A DNA stretch of 64,000 nucleotides from positions 53,072,001-53,136,000 of the forward strand of contig OZ260665.1 of NCBI GenBank assembly GCA_965285935.1, read 5' to 3'. Positions 1-14,200 of this stretch are shown here, piece after piece. Position numbers and translations under genes: made by a program. This DNA is from Ophelia neglecta. Its lineage: Eukaryota. The notes below the pieces were generated by a model, which made no database searches, had not been told where the DNA came from, and was given only the letters and a program-made list of their open reading frames with translations. Positions within the stretch are counted from its first letter, which is position 1; each line of letters starts with the position of its first letter.

Positions 1-779
1 AAAACGGGAAACCAATTGACGCCGCTTTTGCATTGCTTAGGTGCAAAATGGTTTAGGCATACGCCCCATTGATATTTGGCGGATATATTCTTGTACGATT
101 GAATGAACGACCAGACTAACTAGCCGAGCTCAAGTACATATGCAATGCTTTCTGGGCCTTCTTTTTTTAACGATTTATAATTAATACCAAAATGCTGGTA
201 CACAAGAAAGTTTCTTGTGTCCCAGCAAAATGTAATGCCTGAATTAGATAGATACATGACTTCATATGTGGCCTAACCATGAATAGTTTGTCTTATAATT
301 ATAAATAATATGCAGCGTATTGATGTCAAATAAGAAGCCAACTCAGACTAGTGACCAAATTCAGCGGCAGTGCTGCTACATTTCACGTGAAAACGAAAAT
401 TCTGTTGATATGCCAAGAGTAAACGTTGTATCTGCTCTCAACGTATGAATAGTTATTAAATTATCAAATTTCTTTTTTGCCGGATCAGATGGACGTTTAT
501 TTTCATGTTTTCTAACAGGCCTGTATGAAAAGACGACTACCATTTTCGAATAGATAGATGCTATTTTTATCTGCTAGGCCTACATGATGGATCTTTATTA
601 GCCGATTTGTATTGACAAATTAATATTTCTTTTAATTTTATCTGTCATCATTTGAAAGCACATTTGTCTATATATTTTAATACAAACTTCCTCGGGGTTA
701 TTTGAGCTTCTCTCCATAAAGCGACACTGTTGCTCATTGCCGATTATCCGTATTGTAACAGTGTCCCTGAGAACATTGC

Positions 780-1630
780 CAGGTCTGACCCTGTTGCCGG
801 GGGTGCTGATTATACGGGCGTGTGACGGAGCTAACGAGGGATGAGCCGCTCTTCGCTACCACCGGACGCTCTTTCGCTCACACGCCTTTCCTGTCATTTT
901 ATTTGGCCACTTCTCCTGACAAAGCGCGGATAATTGGCCCTCAGAACGATTCTAGGCGGAAATATCTCGCTATTAAGTCGGCAGCAAATCAGTCACGATG
1001 AAAGATACTTTAAAAAACATGTGGCTAAAAAAGAGCCGAGGGACGTTTAGTCTACAGTGAGAACCGTAAGGGCCACGGCGATTGTAGCCACTATGCGCTA
1101 AGACAGCGGCAGAGCCATTCCTCAAAGGCGCGATCTTTACAGGTTTATTGTTCCAGGCTTAATTTGAGATTTCTCACACCCGTCGAAAAATGTCGCACGG
1201 TTTGAGAAACGTTTCCAAACTAAGTATGTTTGCAGGTAACAAAAAGCATTGAAACATCTTTGGTGTATGCTCACAACTTGCCATGTGTCACTTGGTCAAT
1301 TCCCAACGACCTGATTTTGGTGAGCAACCAATAACGGTTTCATTGCTGTTGCTCGGCGGAAAAAATCTTTCGCTCTCAGGAGCGTAATTTCCATCAGTGG
1401 GTTAGCCGCTCAACACGCCACCGCGTGGCTACTATAATACTAACCGCTCTGGTTATTGTTGAGTTGCAATTTGAGTAGGCGTGATGATCGGCCGAGAATT
1501 GCTTGAGTAGAATCTAGCAATTGGTCCAGGTTTCTGATTGCATTGAGTCGCCTACTGACCAGAGAAGCGTTGTTTGACAGTGTTGACCCTAGTTAGATTA
1601 AATGAACAGTGTGTTTATCAACAAACCTTG
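780..1630 (+). promoter_or_regulatory. Putative promoter/5'UTR region of gene 1
   Basis: Locally GC/CpG-richer than the flanks, with several CCAAT/ATTGG boxes (about 902, 934, 1328, 1520), directly upstream of the first coding exon. TSS not determinable. Confidence 0.4.
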
Positions 1631-1715
1631 ATGGTTGTGCCCTAAAGGGATATGTAGCATCCCTGCAGAAGACCAAAGACTCCCAGAAGACCTAAGCGGT
1701 GGAAAAAACATAGTT

Positions 1716-2246
1716 ATGATATCCCAGTGTTCGCCGAGGCGCGGGAAATCAATGTCCAGAAGCATTTACTCCAGTTACGAAAAGTCCCGTGAATCCAGAG
1801 CGATTTGGTTGTTGTATGCCATAGTGACGTCCAGTACTCTCTTTACATGCATCATGGCAAACCCAGAAGGGCTACTCCTAAACCAGGATGTCTACCACAA
1901 AATATACCCACAGTTTGAACATGAAGGCGATAAAAGAAATTACATTCGGCTAGGCTACCTTACCGGGTCACAGAAAAGACCTTGGGATCACTTCTACGTT
2001 AAACCCGGACAAAGCACGTCCGGGGCCATCTCACTGGCCATCCAAGAAATCAACGCCAATCCCCACGTACTGCCGAACCACACCTTACAGTTTGTGATCG
2101 CCGAGACGTACGGAGAGGAGGAGGAAAGTATCAAACAAACGGTACTCTTGATGCAAGACGACATCTCCGCCTACATCGGACCCCAGGAAACATGTGTCCA
2201 CGAGGCGAGAATCGCCGCCTCCTTTAATCTTCCAATGATCTCTTAT
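1716..2246 (+). CDS. rGC gene 1 exon 1: signal peptide and N-terminal ANF-receptor ectodomain
   Basis: Hydrophobic [20 protein letters not shown], then [11 protein letters not shown]...[11 protein letters not shown]...LPNHTLQF...[25 protein letters not shown]; donor GTAAGT at 2247, phase 0. Confidence 0.92.
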
Positions 2247-5200
2247 GTAAGTGTACAAACGTTGTTTTACAGTGCAGTGTATATTTCATATACGGTCCGA
2301 CCCTCCTCATACTCCTCATCTCGCCTCCTCTCTCCCATCCCACATACTCCTCATGTCCCCTTCTCTCTCCCATCCCACATACTCCTCATCTCGCCTGCTC
2401 TCTCCAATCCCACATACTCCTCATGTCCCCTTCTCTCTCCCATCCCACATACTCCTCATGTCGCCTGCTCTCTCCCATCCCACCGACTCCCCATGTCGCC
2501 TGCTCTCTCCCATCCCACATACTCCTCATATCGTCTGCTCTCTCCCATCCCACATACTCCTCTTGTCGCCTCCTCTCTCCCATCCCACATACTCCTCATA
2601 TCGCCTCGTCTCTCCCATCCCACATACTCCTCATATCGCCTCCTCTCTCCAATCCCACATACTCCTCATGTCCCCTTCTCTCTCCCATCCCACATACTCC
2701 TCATGTCGCCTGCTCTCTCCCATCCCACATACTCCCCATGTCGCCTCCTCTCTCCCATCCTACATACTCCTCATGTCGCCTCCTCTCTCCCATCCCACAT
2801 ACTCCTCATGTCGCCTCCTCTCTCCCATCCCACATACTCCTCATCTCGCCTCCTCTCTCCCATCCCACAAACTCCTCATATCGCCTCCTCTCTCCAATCC
2901 CACATACTCCTCATATCGCCTCCTCTCTCCCATCCCACATACTCCTCATCTCGCCTCCTCTCTCCCATCCCATATACTCCTCATATCGCCTCCTCTCTCC
3001 AATCCCACATACTCCTCATATCGCCTCCTCTCTCCCATCCTACATACTCCTCATCTCGCCTCCTCTCTCCCATCCCACATACTCCTCTCCCATCCTACAT
3101 ACTCCTCATCTCGCCTCCTCTCTCCCATCCCACATACTCCTCATGTCGCCTCCTCTTTCCCATCCCACATACTCCTCATGTCGCCTTCTCTCTCCCATCT
3201 CACACACTCCTCATGTCGCCTTCTTTCTCCCATCTCACACCCTCATCATGTCGCCTCCTCCATTCATCCCACCCCACACCTCACCATGTCGCCTCCTTCC
3301 TCCCTCCCTCCTGTTCCACAGCCTCGTGGCTTTTCGACTCCCAGTTTCAAACCATCTGGTTCCGCCAGTGGAATGGAATGACGAACAGGATATAGGCCCA
3401 AATCAAATTCTATCATCTAATTAATTTGAATTTCAGACCGCCTTTGCTTGATGTGTCGTATTAATGCGTATCTTTCGTCATCATCTGAGGCAGGAAAGTT
3501 TGCCAATATATCCCTGGGTTTCTTTTAACATCAAAGATAAGGGGTGACTGACGATAAATTATTATGTATTATGCAACATCCCCTCCGTTTTCCACCTTAA
3601 CTGTTGGTACCTTGAATTATGCTGATAAGGTGTCTATGATTAATAAACTTGTCACATAAATTTTTGATTTGAAGCTATTTTAGGTATTAATTTAACAAAG
3701 TAGTTCTCGTTAAATCAGGGAGAACAAAAACAGATCGGTAATTTCCAAAAGATCCTTAACCTGCAAAACATCATTTACACAGCCTTTTATGTATCTTGTA
3801 ATTTTTACGGTTTCTTTGGAATGACCAATGGGCAGAGAGCTTGACCTACCCACCAGCCCAGAAAAGGTCCTCGTTTGTTCGCTCATTTACTCCGTGCGAT
3901 GGAAGCTTGTGTTGTTCAGTTTATATTCACTCGTAACCCAGTGGCTGCTACAACGAGCTTCCTGTCGTCCATCTACGGCCAGTCAGCTTGAGTTTTCCCT
4001 ACCTAATAACAATGTCAAAAGCCTATGACCCAGAATTTGCTATTAATCACTAAGGTTAATATTATATATGACATGAAATCTAATACTGCGTTTTTCGCTG
4101 ATTGCTTTCATTACGAATTAATACGCGTAGTTCAATCCAGTCAATTCAAGTCCATTGCCACCCAATGTCACCTCAAAAACATACAATACCCGTACGTTAA
4201 TGTTTCGGGGGGTAAACGATAGGTATATCTTTACTAAGTTGTTTTATGAGAGTTTTTATGTACTAGTTTAGAAGCTTGATCGTTTACGGAAATTAAATGA
4301 CACGTGTTAAGCGATATTTACAAGCGAGATGGGTTTATTCCTCTCAGTTGCAAGAATCCATTGCCTCTATTTGGGGCATCATTTGCCATTTTTCTTTGTT
4401 GGCCATAAAACGTCTGATGAGAGATGACAACACCGATGGATTTGTAACCTGTCCGACTAGATCATTGGGGGCATGCAATGCTTGCATCGTATAGACTTCG
4501 AGACCCAAAAGTTCAGAGAATAAAATTTCAATTTAATAATATTTGGGCGTCATATATGTCAAATATGATTCTATATATTAACATAATATTTATATGTCAA
4601 ATACAGATAAGTTTGCATGACAACCCCTGTGGGTTAAATCCTTTATTTGTGGCGCACATATTTCGAATTTTTATTGCCTTCACTTTGTAAAAAGTACATT
4701 AGTGTCAACGTATGTATGCAGCTGTCTAATATGAAGTGGGGAAAAATTTTAAGTAGAACGAATAATGATGATATAGACAATGACATCCTAAATAAGCTTA
4801 AAAAGTGTTGCTTTCACATATATTAACAGTAACGAATATTCTCATTGCAGAATGGCGATGATATTCGTATATTTATAGAATTTATCAAATGATGAACTGT
4901 CAATCTAAATGGGATAAACTGGGAAAAGTCAATGGAATTAATAAGTATTGAAATACTAAAACAAAAGTTTTCTTTCTGATAGCCATTTATAATACCACAC
5001 TCGGTTAAACAACATAATTACATAGGTTACTAAATGACATACGATTCATATGATGATTCCTTCCGAAAATGTTGCACTTTTTAGTTTTAAACCGAAAATA
5101 TTATGTTTTATACTATCTTTTCTTATGAGCTATTGACCTGTTTGACATGTTTTGGCATCGTTTACTGTTGTAGGAAGGCCACATATATTTATCAAAGATG

Positions 5201-8200
5201 CATCCAGCCTTCTGGTCAACGATTCTATCAAACCTAACTTGTCAGCGTTATACCGGGACATAATCTCACTGTCAGACAGTTTAATTGAGTAAAGCCACAG
5301 GGAAGAATGCAATATCAGACAATCTCACAATTGTGTCAGGAAATTTAATTTGTTAAGGCTGATATATAAGACAGCCCGAGAACAAGTCCTGTTACTATGG
5401 GATGCATTTTCATATATAAATTATTTTCGAACTGGGTTGGCTCAGCAAAAAGTAATTTATATATAACTTAACCCAAGTATTGCCCGACATGTCATTCGCT
5501 GATGCCCTAAATCATAAAACTACCCGTTATTCAAGGTTCTATTTCAATACCTTCGGTCAGACGTAAGATCCAGGCGCCAATCTATCCCACACAGACCCGC
5601 ATGCGACCTTTATTCAACTCCCTTTATTTGTGGCGCATTCCCGAGGAGAACTCGACAGAGAAGAATTGGATTCTCGTCTATATTTACGATCACAGCCATC
5701 GCCATTTAATCAGGTGTAATACCGGGATGATCATAGTTTCTAGCGATATAGACGAGTTCTTTTTGCATATGAAATTTCATCGGTAAATTTGCAATTTGAC
5801 TACATGCTATTAAATAAGATATCAAATCGATTTTGGCTATTATTTAAACAGCGGAACACATTTTCCATAGAAGGCTAAAATCCTCTACTCTGTTGTTCTG
5901 TGTTTGCAATATATGTAACTGATGACTGCAAAGGGCGGGCTGGCGGTCTTTCTAATTACACAATGTATTAGATTCCATTTATTTTTTTTCACCTGCGCCC
6001 TCTAACTAAGAGAACATGCACGATTCTATAGGCCTACCCATGTCTACAAAACAGAAAAGCCCATTTATCAACGGAAAATCCGTGAAGAATATCATGGCGT
6101 TTGAGATGCAGCGCGCGTCAGCCACAATACGTAATTTCTTGTAAATTGAAATCCGCGACCTGGCGACCCAGCCTACGTTATTCTCAAGTTGACAACTACA
6201 CTTGTTGAGATGCCGCTCACAACACAACCCATATTCTTGCTGTACACATGTTCGTGTGTTGTAATTAAATTTCCATCTCCCTGGCAATATTGTCGACAAA
6301 GGTTACTGTAACCGCGTAATTAAATGCTTATAAATTCTGTAGGTATTTAATTTACTGCATACCACTTTGTGACCAAATTAAATCGCTTTGCTTCCAGCCA
6401 CCGAGCGACCAGATACCGTCCTTGAATCAAAGCACGAAACCAGTGTTACGCTGGCGGGGCGGACTGTTCTTTTCGAGCCAAACTTAGAAAAAGCCAACCA
6501 GCTCAGCCATGATAAATACGCATCCATTATGTTTGATATTGAATGCAAGCCTGTAGCTGTCACCCTGCATGTATCGAAATAATTCACAGACAAATAATGA
6601 TTAAAAATAAATAACAACACGCATTTATAGTATTGGCTATAAAGTATATGTTTTCTGATATTTTCCAAGCAAGCCATGGCCTGTCAAGTTACCCGTGCTC
6701 AAGCTTGCATAAGCTTGCAATTCAGTTAGTATTTTCCCTTTAAATGCATGTCCATTGTTCACGCTGGACAGTCTTAACGGCCATCTGTCAGCTGTCGTTG
6801 CTTACGCTCAAATTTCGCGTTGCTCCTTGGTTGTCAGCAAGCAAGCACAATGACGGATGGCAGCAGTACGACTTCTCGGCATAGAAGTCGCCCAAATGTG
6901 ATGCAAGTAAAATAAGTGATTCTTTCGGCTATTGCAGTTAATTACCGCGATGTTCTCGCTATCGGAATAACATAGGTTCTGCACTTGTTTTTCCCTGACA
7001 ATTGTCATATCGGTGAAATCAATCGGCTAGAGCAGACAGATTAGGCCTGCTTTGCTGCGTGTCAGCGCAAACATCTCCCCAGTGTCAATTGAACGGGGAC
7101 GATGTAATGGTTAAGCTGCCCCTAAAACATTCGTATCTTTCATGATCAGAGCGTTGTAAAATACCGGATTTAACGTTTGCAATACTTATCCCCCTTCAGT
7201 ATTTTAGGACAACTTTTTAAACGCCTTGATAAGGTAGGACAATTCACCACTAGAAGTGGTCACGTTATTTATACAATAATTCGCCAATACATACGATAGT
7301 ACGGTTATTCCAGGTAACATGGGAGCAATGAAGATAGTACATGTATTTCCGTACAAATGCATTATGATCAAGGTTGCGTCCTCTGCGATGAAGAGTAGAC
7401 TTCGTATTTTATTGAAGTACAACAAGATATATATTAACATACTAAGGCATTGATCCTTCAAGCATTGTGCCTTCAGTCTGAAAGGGTTTATTTAAAACTG
7501 CGCAAATACTATTGGTTTGTGCCCCGAGGTTAGTTTTATCATCAGGCTCAGTAACATTGAGCTTCGTTTCAGGGCCAGATTTGTATTCTGCCAGCCATGC
7601 ACTGAGTAAGAGGGGCTGTGGTCTGGTGGCGTGCTCACGCTATAGGTGCACGCGGATGTATGGTTTCTTGCTGACTGCAACTGTGTGGTTCACTGGGGTT
7701 TACTTTGAGACAAAAATCTTTACCCTGACACTAAGCTCTATTTTCCAAGATGTGGAATATCATGGACCGATGTAGAAATTATTTTGTAGAATAACCATCA
7801 AGTTGAATGTCACAATAAATTAACATGCCCACTTGTCAAATGATAATTGTACTGAGCAGGGTCTAACCTCATCTGTTTGGTTGTTTCCCCGCGGACAGAC
7901 ACCGAGTCTGCAAAATGTCATACAAGCTGAGATTGTCCTTGTCCTCAATGAAACATTTCTTGAGAACCCGAGATACTGTGAGCCAGTCCAATCATTGGGT
8001 CTGGCGTATCACTGTTATATGTACAGACACCCAATTAAATTTTGGCGAAAGGCTTCCAATGTCAATGCAAAAGAATTTACAAAATGGGCTTCCATTGTCA
8101 CCGTAATAGTAATGGCAAAAGAATACATGAAATATGTGATGTACATTTGTATATAAATTCAGAATGTAAACGTATGAGCATAGACTACCAAGGATACGAA

Positions 8201-11200
8201 ATCTCCGTTTAACTCCAGATTGCCTTACTTTTTCACGATTACTGAGTCTTCGCAAGATGTAGACTTTAGTGCCTCATCGTGTCCACTCCCAATCTGTCTA
8301 TTATACTATTCTTTACATTTATCATAGTATTTTTGAAAGATACGACACACAGGGTGCCCTACCCATGTATCCCAGCAGAACTACCCAGCTGTCCTTATTG
8401 ACTGCAGCTTTACCTAATATTACGATGTGCAGCCTGTATAAACTGTCAGTTCTGTAAAACAGATCCTAGTTGAAAACTGTCCAATATTGAAATCCAATTT
8501 CCAGCTTCATGTATTCCTTTAAATAAGTTTTTAATATGACGGTCTCCTTGAGTCCCTTCGTTCCCTTATACATTGTTATAAACAGTGTTATCTCTTTTTC
8601 CTAACTTCATTTGCTTTACATATTCTGGATACCCTGACTTTTACACTTCAAATTCACATGCAGTTACCCAATTTTTATTTTTTGCCAAGCGCTTTGATGA
8701 AGTTGGCGCCATTTAAGTTTTTTTGAGAGGATTCGTAGTACTGTATTCTTGACATCTGCTTCAAGGTGGCCAAGGATTAAATCAAGTATGTTATTCCCTT
8801 GGTGAATGTCCATCTCGGCAAACCAGCATCAATGTTTGTGCTATCACTGCCAAAAAACCTTCCACATATTGCCCCTGTGACCAACGACATCGAAAGTAGG
8901 TAAAAAACATCACAAGAGCTGGATGTGTTTGTCAATGGTTGTCTTTATCACCAAGAAATCAGTGAAAATCAAGCAGACAAAGCTTTGGTAACCTCAACGA
9001 AGGATGATAGAAGTAATGATGGGATTGAATCGTTTGATAACAACTCTGCTGCTGAACAGTCCGGGAAGGACAAATCAAGTCTGATTAGGTCTGAGGTATA
9101 CACTGTACATGAAGGAGCATCAAAACAAACGGTTGGGGTTGTCTCTAATCTTTGCGGATCTGATAAGAAAAAAAACCGACACGTTGTTATCCGAGAAAAA
9201 AGAAACTTAGCAAAGCGGGAAAAACCCACATCAAGGCATTGAAAAAAGACACCAAACAGCCAGACATAGCTACTTTTATATTCACTTATAGCCTACATCT
9301 GGAAAAACACAAAGTAAGGGTGAAAACAAAACACGGTGTGGTGGTTCTATCTTCAATGTGAAGTGGTGAGGGCTTATCTTATATAACTTAGGCAAATGTA
9401 ATGTTTGTACCAAGGGCGCTTAAAATGATAAACCCATCAGTTACATAATATTGTATTCTTCACAGGCCTAAATGCAAACGAAAGGAAGGATACGGAATTG
9501 TGATGGCCATCTAAAAATAACTAACTAGCACGGGAGATCGTTTTGGATTATATTATCATTTCCGATATGTTACCTATTATACATGTATTGTTTCCACTAA
9601 CAGATAGGCTTACCTACTGCAAGTCTACACCCTGTGGATTACAGGATATACTTTAAAACAAATATGGTTACCATTTTAACTCAAACAAAAACAACTTTAT
9701 AACGAATTTGGAGCCTACTTGTTGCTATGTCAGGAATTACCTAAGTTTTGTTAATCTGGTAGCTATTGACGAATTCTATTGACTGAAAGGCGGTAATCTT
9801 GGAAAATGGCCACCTTGCTAAATTTCGTAGTACAGACGTGCCAAGCGTAATAAATTGGGTAGCGGACGAGGAATTGCTATACATATTGCTATTTTTCACT
9901 CCATCCCTCTTCAGTACCCATTCTTCGCACGAACAGGACGTGTTACACAGATTCGTAAACCTTGACCTTAATTGATATGTTGACGTTTTATTGTGAATAT
10001 ATAGGATATATTTCAATGACAGAGGTTCTCAAAACGGAAGCAATATGATGAAAAGGTTTATTTTAGGAACCTTTGGATTAGCGCACTGATTTTATGGCGC
10101 CATTGTCAGTAAAAAAAATGCCAGTCCTCTCGATAGAGACATTAACCACGACTCTTTGTGTCGAAATAAACGACTCGAGAATGCTTAGGGACTTGTCAGA
10201 ATATATTTACGGAGGGTGGAGGTGTAGGTCATACCAGTTGTATGGTTTCCATCAGCGCATAGAAATTGGCCCCTGTAATGAGCAAAGAAAGCTATGTGCT
10301 CCCTATGAGCATCAGGCACAAGAAGGACATCACTCTGGATTAACTTAATAGATATGTGCAACCAGAAGGCATTTTAGAGCAAATCAATGTGACCCAAATA
10401 AGTGTGTACGGAACAAAAATTGGGCCAAAAAGGGGCGTCTGGAAGGAAACCAGAGCACATTTTCAAAGCAGGGAGTTTGTCTTAATAAAGAAAACACAAA
10501 CATACTCTCTGAAGAGATCCTGCTCTGAAGGCTGCACGGTATTGAGGTATCGGGCTCCGAAGTGAAGTGCCCTTAACAGAAAATATGTTCCGAGGATGCG
10601 TCCTCTAAAGAGAGTACACTCTAAAGAATGGGAACTCTAAAGAATATTGCCTATAGAGGGAAGAGCTCTCTGAGGGTTGGGCTCCCAGAGAGAACTGTTG
10701 TGGAATTTTGCGGATTTTGTTTACTAGATGAAAAACATATCCCCGTGCCTCGTCGTTGAATTTATAATAGGACTAGCTACCCCCCTGCTTGTCTGGACCA
10801 TGGAAAACGACGTCCACTCGCTCTCAAGTGTGTTCAGACACATCCCTTGTGATATATTTGGTCCGGTCTATCTATAGTATCTATACTATGTTATGTGGAG
10901 ATGCAGTATCCGCAGAGAAACCACAGTGGGTTCTCCTTTTTTAACGTCACGATCTAGCTGCCTTTGGCCTTCGCTTAATGACTGGAAACATTATACAATT
11001 TCTATCTAGAGTCCGTCTTCCGAAAAGTGCCCTGTTCCTAGGACCGTGTGCGTGAGAAAAAAAGTATAGCGAGTGAGATGAGTAATGGCATGGCCTTTCT
11101 CATTTCTAAATCATAACAACAATTCAAACAAATTAGTGATAAATGTTTCAACCAAAAGATATATGATATACATGTATAATTGTAAGCTCATGTGCCAATC

Positions 11201-14200
11201 TCTGTAGGAGGCCTGGAAAGAGGCTACTGTTTCCCCGTGGGGTAACCAATGTCTCCAGGTACCTAAATAATGACCTCAATATTATAAATATTTGTTTCCA
11301 ATGTTCCAATGTGTCTATTGCTTTCGTAACGGCATATCAATAAAATATCAAATATCTCATTGGAAATAAACAATGGCGTCTCTGTGGATCGTAGCTTTTA
11401 GTTGACATTAAAAGGAAATCGACAGCATAAGTCCCGACTGGTGCTTCTCGATTCTATTGGCTGACTCTTTGCTTTTTGGACGCTGCCCTTGCGTCAAGCA
11501 AGAAATCGCTTGTGGAAGGCGGAAGTTCATCACGATGCACCATCTGGCCTGTCATGCCACAACGCTTCCACCTTTCATGCTTTCCAATTTTGCCTTATCT
11601 TTACCCCAATCAATTATTTTCATTCATCGGACAGATGAAATGAGGACCACTTAACCATTATCTGGCACAGGTAGCAAGTACTTGGCCATTGAAATAAGTT
11701 GGTTTATATCTTATTTCAAAGCCACGAGCTAGGGGCAATATGAGCAAATTTGACACTTTTAAAAGCACATCATCTACCGGTCTACCTTCCTGCAGGAGAG
11801 GGAATTGATGGTTTATAGGGTTTCTCTGTAGCGCGGTATAAATGTTAGCGCTTGGTTCACATCCGTATAGAATGCTTAGCAATGTTGTATAAAGCAGTTA
11901 GCCTGGGGAGAATAGTAACTAATTACGATTCCGAAAATAACATCAGTGAATCTAACATAGAAATTGGGTGGGCGATGAAAGTGTCGTCTGAGTGGGTGGT
12001 CAGGCACGTCGCGTATTGTTCGAAATGAGTGTTTAATATCGATGCATGTTAATTTCCAACGACTGCTTGGAACATATAACATTCTACTGGGAGATGATTT
12101 GCATCCGTTTCTAGCTTTTAGTCACGCGCCAAGTGATGCACTGGGCAGATAGTCCCAGCGTCTTCAAATAATCACATAATCAACTGACACATCTCATCCG
12201 GGCGTGCAATATTTGCAGAAATTACCTCGTCATTGAACATATTAGATGTACAATATGGGTGAGCTAACTTGACCCTATTAATCTGCAGCTATAGTCCCTC
12301 CATTACCTTTCAATGCGGTTTTTATCAATGTTAGCTCTTCCACTGGCCCCTCACCGATAGAATCGCATTGTCGTTTCTCTCCAGGGACTTGTCATTAATA
12401 TTTGCAAATGAGTTAGAAACTATAAAGTTGTTTCGTTTTCCAATGCTGCATCCATTTCAAAAGAGCAGTTGGTAGTAGTTCTAATAGTTCTAGTAGTTTC
12501 GGCTTCCAATGCAGCATTTGATTTAATATTATGTTCATATTGACACCTTCTTCCGGTCTTCTTTGTCTTTAAATTTCTTTTCACATCTATTTCACAAGCA
12601 GATAGTTTGGAGTGAAGGGTTTTTTAATCAGTGGTAACGCAGTGCTGCATGATAAGTAACAACAGGCCTGTATCTGTGTTACAATGCGTTTCTAAGACTC
12701 TGGAGAGGCTGATTTATAACAAGACTCTTGCTCGTTATTGATCATAATAAATCTTTATATAAATATCATTTTGGCGTTCGAGAAAAACATGGCACCAGTG
12801 CAGCACGTACTGTTTAAGTAGACGCTATTCTGCAGGCTAGGCAGGAGGAAGACTTGATTCTGGGAGTCGTCCATAATGAAATCAAAGCTTTTGATATGAA
12901 TAACGTCGTTTTCTTTTGTCGAAATTGGAACAATATGCTGAAAGAGTTGTTGTGCTACCTGGTTTTATTGAACACAACATAGACGGTTTTTGTCACCATA
13001 AACAAGAAAAGTCGAGCACGTAGCGCCGTACTAGCAGTGGTGGTGTGCATAGATGCTACGTGCTTTCTCACTGTCAAATACTAGGCAAAAACAAAGGCTC
13101 AGACCAAGTCTTGGCAGAGAGTTCCTGCTCTAAAAAAAATATCACCGATGCTGCTCACTGCAGTATTGCGAATCTTGTTACTCCTTCCTTGTCTTTTCAA
13201 ATACAACCTTGAGATACCGAGGAGTAAATGTTTTTATTTAGATCATGGTCTGTTCATACCTTTTGATAATGATTATATACATATCCTATAGTATGTATAT
13301 GTCATACAATCATTATTGAACATTACTCGAATGCATTTAGCATTAATACTATTCTGTGCATATAATCAAACACAGTTTTAAAAACGTGTGATTCTCGATA
13401 TTCGTTATTTAAGGCTTAACTTGTTTGTATAGCGTGCATGTTTTGGAGTGATTTTATTGTTTTATTGTATATGGTGAGTCAGAAAAATCGATCAGAATCT
13501 TTTTGCGTGTCTTTCGAACCTAACAAACATATTACATTTTATGTTGGTCTGTTAGAATTCAGTGTTGCACGTTTCCTTATCTACTCTTTTATAGGAGGAT
13601 AAAAACTGGGTGTGATGTCAAAGCATATTGTTATTGGTTTTCAATAACGCCGCCAAGGGTTAACACATTTAGGACACTCTCATATATAAACCTACTAAGT
13701 ATGATCCAGATCATCAACACATAAAATCAACAGACGAAGCGTTTCTTAAAGTTAGGACCTATACGAAATTAGAATATTCAGCAATTTCAAATCGGTAGTT
13801 TATGTATATGTTGTTTAACTAGGGGGCGCTTTTCAAACAGTAGCAAAGCTCACTACAAATGTTGGTCTTCGGGGGCTGAAACCTCCCTCACTAATGTGCA
13901 AGTTATAGTGTGTTATAAGTTATAAACTAAAGTATTACTTGGATAGCCATCGCAGCTTGATATTTATTCCTGTCTTAAACTTGTAGATTGTTTTGACTCC
14001 TCCACAAAGAAAGTTACCACTTAATAAATTTTTAAGATCATACTACTATTTAAGTCTAGTTTTGTTCTAGAAACTAGGATATGGCTCTTATAATCAATAA
14101 TATCTATAAGAATGATTAAACTTAGACTTTAGTATAGAAAGAGCGGAGCTCTGGGTTTGCTTCAGTTGTAACTGGGAAACATGTTAGTTGAATTTGAGAA

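Noticed and set aside
1635-1715. ORF-track start at 1635
   Set aside because: The codon is TTG. The first in-frame ATGs are at 1716 and 1752.
2210-2340. Minisatellite unit derived from the exon-1 3' end (cgcctcct...atgt)
   Set aside because: Similarity is limited to short pyrimidine-rich words and cannot be distinguished from chance.
2301-3300. CRISPR array (35-bp repeats)
   Set aside because: The units are contiguous with no unique spacers, there are no cas genes, and the context is a eukaryotic intron.
2251-3424. ORFs 2251..3381 and 2423..3424 as independent genes
   Set aside because: They are translations of the stop-free 35-bp minisatellite, and all frames give the same repeat peptide.
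8925-9242. 105-aa hydrophilic ORF as a nested gene or extra exon
   Set aside because: It has a non-ATG start, no recognisable motif and no convincing splice sites, and exon 1 joins exon 2 without missing sequence.
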